A stretch of DNA of 64,000 nucleotides, taken from contig JAKUNK010000010.1 in NCBI GenBank assembly GCA_022451945.1, positions 23,837-87,836 of the forward strand. The letters run 5' to 3'. The position numbers were made by a program, and so were the translations under genes. This document shows positions 59,562 to 64,000 of this stretch, piece by piece. The notes under the pieces are model-generated. The model did not search any database. It was not told the origin of the DNA and worked only from the letters and a program-made list of their open reading frames with translations. This DNA is from Dehalococcoidia bacterium. GTDB lineage: Bacteria > Chloroflexota > Dehalococcoidia > Lucifugimonadales > UBA3495. Numbering within the stretch: the stretch's first letter is position 1; every line of letters begins with the position of its first letter.

Positions 59562-59924
59562 ATGGCCCCGAAATCTAAATACCTCTTCATAGCAAGCATG
59601 GACGTCGACCCGTCCAAAGAGTCTTTGTTCAATGATGTCTACAACACGGAGCATTGCCCCGAGTTAAGCAAGGTCGCCGGTGTGGGCGACATCACGCGGT
59701 TTGAGGCACAGGCCTTCCAGGTGTTGATTGGTGGCCAGGCTCAGACCGTGTCGCCAGACGGCCAGCCCCGTTTCCATGCAATGTATGAGATAGAGAGCCC
59801 AGATGTCCTTTCATCTCAGGAATGGGGCGAGGCGGTAGAACTGGGCCGCTGGCCGGAACAAGTTCGGCCCCACACCATCAACCGTCGGCATACTCTGCTT
59901 CGGCTGACCTATCCAGAAGGCTAG
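59562..59924 (+). CDS. Hypothetical protein (EthD/DUF4286-like dimeric alpha-beta barrel)
   Basis: MDVDP..E..FND.YN.EH.PEL..V.G and YE.ESP.V..S.EW; GGAGG RBS. Confidence 0.7.
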   Translation: MAPKSKYLFIASMDVDPSKESLFNDVYNTEHCPELSKVAGVGDITRFEAQAFQVLIGGQAQTVSPDGQPRFHAMYEIESPDVLSSQEWGEAVELGRWPEQVRPHTINRRHTLLRLTYPEG

Positions 59925-59966
59925 TCCAGAGTAGCAGCCCGCCTTGGCAAATACCCAGGAGGACAC

Positions 59967-61139
59967 ATGGACCTCGGTCTTAACAAAGACCAACTAGAGT
60001 TGGTAAATACGGCCGAGCGCATCGCAAAGGAATGCCTCGAGCCCCGTGCCGCTGAGGTAGACGCTAGTTCCACCCATCCGAAGGAAAGCTGGAAGGACGT
60101 CTGGCAGAACGGCCTGCTAACTATCGGCGTACCCAAGGAATATGGCGGTCACGGACTGGACATGCTCACATACGTCATGGTAATCGAGAAACTGGCCGGC
60201 GGCTGCACCAATACCGGCATGACGGTGCACATGCACTCCACTGTGATGCGGTTCATCGAAGCATTGGGTACGGCTCAGCAAAAAGCAAACCTCTACCCAG
60301 AGATCGTCGATGAGGGCAAGCTTTTCGGAAGTTGGGGCAGCGAGCCTGAGACCAGAGGCGGCTCTGCGTTCCGTTTCACCACCATCACCGCGGATGACGA
60401 AGGCTACGTCATAAACGGAGTGAAGAACTTCTGCACCATGTCAGGCGGTGCCCACCGGTACATGATTCATTGCAACGCTCAGAACACCGACGACCCCGTC
60501 GGCTCCCAACAACTGGCACTGATCCACCATGACACGGCTGGTTTATCCCAGCTTGACGAATGGAACACTTTGGGTATGCGCGGTACCATCAGCCCAAGTA
60601 TGAAGTTGGACAACTGCGTGGTAGGCAAAGATGCCGCACTTGGAAAACCCGGAGAGGGATACCACACCGGAGTGACCCAGGGGTTCGGGCTCGGGTTCGC
60701 AGCGACATACATCGGAGCCGCCCAGACTGCCTTGGACTTCACTAAAGAATTCTGCATGAACCAGACCTTCGCTCCAGACCCCGGAAGGGTGGCCGACGGA
60801 CTAGTGGTGCAGCGAACCATCGCCGAGATGGCGATGTCCTTGAATAACGCCCGTAAGGCCCTTTATGACGCTGCAGGTCACTGGGAAGGTAAGACGGCCA
60901 ACGAGAAAGCCGTTATTGCAGCTCGACCTAAATACCTTGCTACCACCGCATCACTGGAAATATCAGCCAAGGCCATCCAGATAACCGGAGGCCGAAGCGT
61001 CCGAAAGAGCATGCCTCTGGAGCGCATCTTCAGGGACATCCGCACATCGACACTAATGCCGCCCAATCTGGACCGTTGCCTTGAGATGATTGGCCGCGCC
61101 GAATTTGGGCTGGATACACCACTGAACCGGGACGCCTAA
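59967..61139 (+). CDS. Acyl-CoA dehydrogenase-fold flavoprotein
   Basis: VPKEYGG.G, SEP, INGVKNFCT, W..LGMRGT.S, GG......PLERIFRD. Confidence 0.88.
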   Translation: MDLGLNKDQLELVNTAERIAKECLEPRAAEVDASSTHPKESWKDVWQNGLLTIGVPKEYGGHGLDMLTYVMVIEKLAGGCTNTGMTVHMHSTVMRFIEALGTAQQKANLYPEIVDEGKLFGSWGSEPETRGGSAFRFTTITADDEGYVINGVKNFCTMSGGAHRYMIHCNAQNTDDPVGSQQLALIHHDTAGLSQLDEWNTLGMRGTISPSMKLDNCVVGKDAALGKPGEGYHTGVTQGFGLGFAATYIGAAQTALDFTKEFCMNQTFAPDPGRVADGLVVQRTIAEMAMSLNNARKALYDAAGHWEGKTANEKAVIAARPKYLATTASLEISAKAIQITGGRSVRKSMPLERIFRDIRTSTLMPPNLDRCLEMIGRAEFGLDTPLNRDA

Positions 61140-61169
61140 AGACTGTTTGCCGATATCAGGAGAATACCC

Positions 61170-62369
61170 TTGCCCGAACGCGCCCTAGACGGGGTTAAGG
61201 TTCTAGACCTCACGCACCACATATCGGGCCCATACTGCACAAAACTGCTGGCCGATTTCGGCGCAGAGGTATTGAAAATAGAGCGGCCCGGAGGAGATCC
61301 TACCCGGAGGATGGCGCCCTTCTACCATGACGAGGTAGAACCGGAGAAGAGCCTCGTCTTCGCCTATTTGAACACCAATAAAAAAAGCGTAACGCTGAAT
61401 CTAAAGTCGGAGAAAGGTATCCAGGTCCTGAAGTCTTTGATCGAAGAATCAGATGTTCTGGTGGAGAATTTCTCCCCTAGAGTCATGTCTTCATTGGGGT
61501 TGGACTATGAGTCCCTTCAGGAGATAAACCCTGGTCTAGTTATGACCTCTATCTCCAACTTTGGGCAGACCGGCCCGTACCGGGATTACAAAGCTGCGGA
61601 TATCGTCGAATACGCCATGGGTGGACTGATGTATATCTCCGGAGCTTACGACCGGGAACCGCTCAAGCACGCTTTCAACCAGGCACAGTTCAAAGCCGGG
61701 ACTGACGGCGCATCGGCGACTCTGATGGCCATGTACCACCAGCGGCTGACCGGCGAGGGACAAAGGGTGGACGTCTCAATCCAAGAGGCCGTTGCCACTG
61801 GTCTCAGAGATGTGGTCAACAACTTCACATACACTGGGGCGGTACGGCGCAGACAGCCCAACCATAGCGGAGACCTGAGCCGACTCAGGGCCAGCTCCGA
61901 CGGCCATCTCATCCCCAATCCAGGCATAGGCGCCGGACTGAATTGGAACATCATGGTCGATTTCATGGGACTGCCGGAACTGAGCGATGACAAGTTCAAC
62001 ACCCCCTCGGCTCGGCTGGCCAATGCCGAAGAGCTCGGCCAAATTCTGGACGACTATTTCATCCAACATAACAAGTACGAGCGATTCTATGCCGCCCACG
62101 AGAAGCGGTTCATCTTCGGAGTGGTACAGTCACCTGAAGAAGTCATGGCCGACCCACAATTCGAGGCCAGGAACTACTTCGTGGATATCGAGCACCCATC
62201 CCTGGGAACCCTCAAGTATCCTGGCGCTCCCTTCGAGATGAGCGGTACGCCTTGGGAAGCCCGCAGCCCCGCACCAACTCTTGGCCAGCACAACCAGGAA
62301 GTCATCGCCGAACGCCTAGGCCACACAACTGAACAACTGGCCCAAATGCGGGCCATGCAGATCATTTAA
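61170..62369 (+). CDS. CaiB/BaiF family III CoA-transferase (BbsE-like, lacks catalytic Asp)
   Basis: GPYCTKLLADFGAEV, LNTNKKSVTLNL, FGQTGPY, APTLGQHN. Confidence 0.9.
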   Translation: MPERALDGVKVLDLTHHISGPYCTKLLADFGAEVLKIERPGGDPTRRMAPFYHDEVEPEKSLVFAYLNTNKKSVTLNLKSEKGIQVLKSLIEESDVLVENFSPRVMSSLGLDYESLQEINPGLVMTSISNFGQTGPYRDYKAADIVEYAMGGLMYISGAYDREPLKHAFNQAQFKAGTDGASATLMAMYHQRLTGEGQRVDVSIQEAVATGLRDVVNNFTYTGAVRRRQPNHSGDLSRLRASSDGHLIPNPGIGAGLNWNIMVDFMGLPELSDDKFNTPSARLANAEELGQILDDYFIQHNKYERFYAAHEKRFIFGVVQSPEEVMADPQFEARNYFVDIEHPSLGTLKYPGAPFEMSGTPWEARSPAPTLGQHNQEVIAERLGHTTEQLAQMRAMQII

Positions 62370-62386
62370 CGGAGAATCACCGAACC

Positions 62387-63733
62387 ATGCAAGGTCCCTT
62401 AGAGGGTTTAAGAATAATCGAGATGGGCCAGCTCATCGCCATCCCATTCGCCATGAAGATGTTGGCGGATATGGGTGCCCAGGTCATACGCCTGGAGTCC
62501 ACAGGGCGGCTGGAGAGCTACCGCAGCGACTCGGTTTACCAGAATGACGTGTCCGGCGAGTTCTGGAACAAAGGAGCCAATTTCTATGAACAAAACCGCA
62601 ACAAACTGGGCATCACGCTGGATCTGAGCAAACCCGAGGGATTACAGATCCTGTTGGAACTCATCTCAGTGGCCGACATCTTTGCCGAGAACTTCACCCC
62701 TAGAGTTATCAAGAATTTCGGGCTTGAGTACGAAGACCTTCGGAAGTTAAAACCGGACATCATCATGGTGTCTTCTACAGGCTACGGGTTCTACGGACCC
62801 TGGGCTAACTTCGGTGCGACCGGCCCTGCCACCGAGGGTGCGGCGGGGCTTGCCTATCAGACCGGCTATCTGGGCGGCCAGCCGGTGATGTCCGAGATTC
62901 CCTACACCGATTACACCTCTGGAGAGCACACGGTCTTTGCCGTGATGGCGGCACTGATGCACCGCCTAAAAACCGGACAGGGCCAATTCGTTGACATCTC
63001 ACAGACCCAAGCCACCAGCTCTACCATCCCGGAGGTTCTGATGGACTTCTCGGCCAATGGGCGCTCAGGCCAGCGCATAGGGAACCAGGACGTCTCAATG
63101 TCGCCTCACGGCTGCTATCCCTGCAAGGGTGACGACCGCTGGATAAGTGTCGCCGTCACCACCGACGCCCAGTGGCAATCCCTCTGCCGCGTCCTGGAGG
63201 AGAGCAATTGGGCCACCGATATCAGGTTTGAGGACTCCCTCAGCCGCTGGAAGAACCGGGATGAATTGGACTCACTGATCGGGCCGGCTACCGCCGCCTG
63301 GGACGCCCATGAACTGATGAATGCCCTACAGAGTGAAGGGGTTGCCGCCGGAGCTGTTTTTGACAGCAAGGACCTGCTGTTCGACCCTCACCTGATCGAG
63401 CGGGGCTTCTACGAAGTTGTTAACCACCAAGACAAAACCGGTATCCCACCGCTTCCCTACGCTAGCCGGCCCTGGAAGCTTTCAAAGACCCCCGCAGTGA
63501 AGGGTAAATCGGCCCCGTTGATGGGCGAGCACAACTCTTTGATTCTCGGAGAACTGCTGGGCAAGACCGCCGAAGAAATGACGGATTTTGAGAAGACCGG
63601 AATCATCGGATATGGACCGAAAGACCCGCGGCCGGTTCAGCGCCCATCCCTAGATGAACAGGTACGGCAGGGCCGCATGCAGCGTTACGAGGCTGACTTC
63701 GAACAACAGGTCAGGCGGGCGTTCCCGGCGTAG
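62387..63733 (+). CDS. CaiB/BaiF family III CoA-transferase (BbsF-like)
   Basis: LADMGAQVI, NRNK.GITLDL, ENF.PRV, YTDY (catalytic Asp), PHGCYPC.G.DRW. Confidence 0.9.
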   Translation: MQGPLEGLRIIEMGQLIAIPFAMKMLADMGAQVIRLESTGRLESYRSDSVYQNDVSGEFWNKGANFYEQNRNKLGITLDLSKPEGLQILLELISVADIFAENFTPRVIKNFGLEYEDLRKLKPDIIMVSSTGYGFYGPWANFGATGPATEGAAGLAYQTGYLGGQPVMSEIPYTDYTSGEHTVFAVMAALMHRLKTGQGQFVDISQTQATSSTIPEVLMDFSANGRSGQRIGNQDVSMSPHGCYPCKGDDRWISVAVTTDAQWQSLCRVLEESNWATDIRFEDSLSRWKNRDELDSLIGPATAAWDAHELMNALQSEGVAAGAVFDSKDLLFDPHLIERGFYEVVNHQDKTGIPPLPYASRPWKLSKTPAVKGKSAPLMGEHNSLILGELLGKTAEEMTDFEKTGIIGYGPKDPRPVQRPSLDEQVRQGRMQRYEADFEQQVRRAFPA

Positions 63734-63758
63734 ACAGCTAACAGATAAGAGCTTAACG

Positions 63759-63801
63759 AGAAATCCCCCGACCTGCCTTATGGGTCGAGGGATTTCTTTT
63801 T
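63759..63801. terminator. Intrinsic terminator between convergent genes
   Basis: AGAAATCCCCCGACCTG...TGGGTCGAGGGATTTCTTTTT. Confidence 0.75.
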
Positions 63802-63822
63802 GAAACGAGGTTCGCGACCAAT

Positions 63823-63999
63823 CTACTGAAGCACGAAGCCCTCGTAGCCTTTAGCTGCTACTTCTGCCCGCTTTGCCCGCATGGCTGGGGCTGTAGCTGG
63901 TGCTGTAACCAGAGCACGAGCCTTTCCTGGTATGTTAGCTCCCACGAACCAATTGGCTGCTTTGGTCCGTAGGATTTTCTCCCCTTCGTCGTTGACGTG
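63823..63999 (-). CDS. C-terminal end of a Baeyer-Villiger (cyclohexanone monooxygenase-like) flavoprotein; runs off the window
   Basis: Manual translation HVNDEGEKILRTKAANWFVGANIPGKAR...VAAKGYEGFVLQ* shows the typical BVMO C-terminal motifs W..GANIPGK and GYEGF. Confidence 0.75.
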   Translation of the reverse strand, partial: HVNDEGEKILRTKAANWFVGANIPGKARALVTAPATAPAMRAKRAEVAAKGYEGFVLQ

Positions 64000-64000
64000 T

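Overview
This is a gene-dense bacterial chromosomal segment of roughly 55-60% GC (estimated by eye). Its gene content suggests Chloroflexota/Dehalococcoidia of the SAR202 type (inference). That content includes multiple luciferase-like monooxygenases, SDRs, CaiB CoA-transferases, an orphan xanthine-dehydrogenase-family subunit and a UGSC selenoprotein with its partner. Housekeeping blocks are: pyrR-pyrB-pyrC-carA-(orf)-carB with a PyrR attenuator, pyrF, sfsA/endonuclease III-like, MaoC-plsX-fabG, and groES-groEL with a sigma70 promoter and degenerate CIRCE. The rest is mostly CoA-dependent and flavin-dependent catabolic genes. I found no rRNA, tRNA, CRISPR or transposase. The top observations are: (1) a selenoprotein split by the ORF caller at an in-frame UGA (D-U-G-S-C-S-A-C) with a SECIS-like hairpin, downstream of a conserved partner gene; (2) a probable AUU start for carB; (3) an A'-[B'::A]-B CoA-transferase arrangement; (4) several intact/degenerate enzyme pairs; (5) a pentapeptide-repeat/degenerate-TIR fusion; (6) a candidate switch-like RNA leader upstream of a nicotinamidase-like gene. 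All calls come from motif recognition by eye, without database searches.
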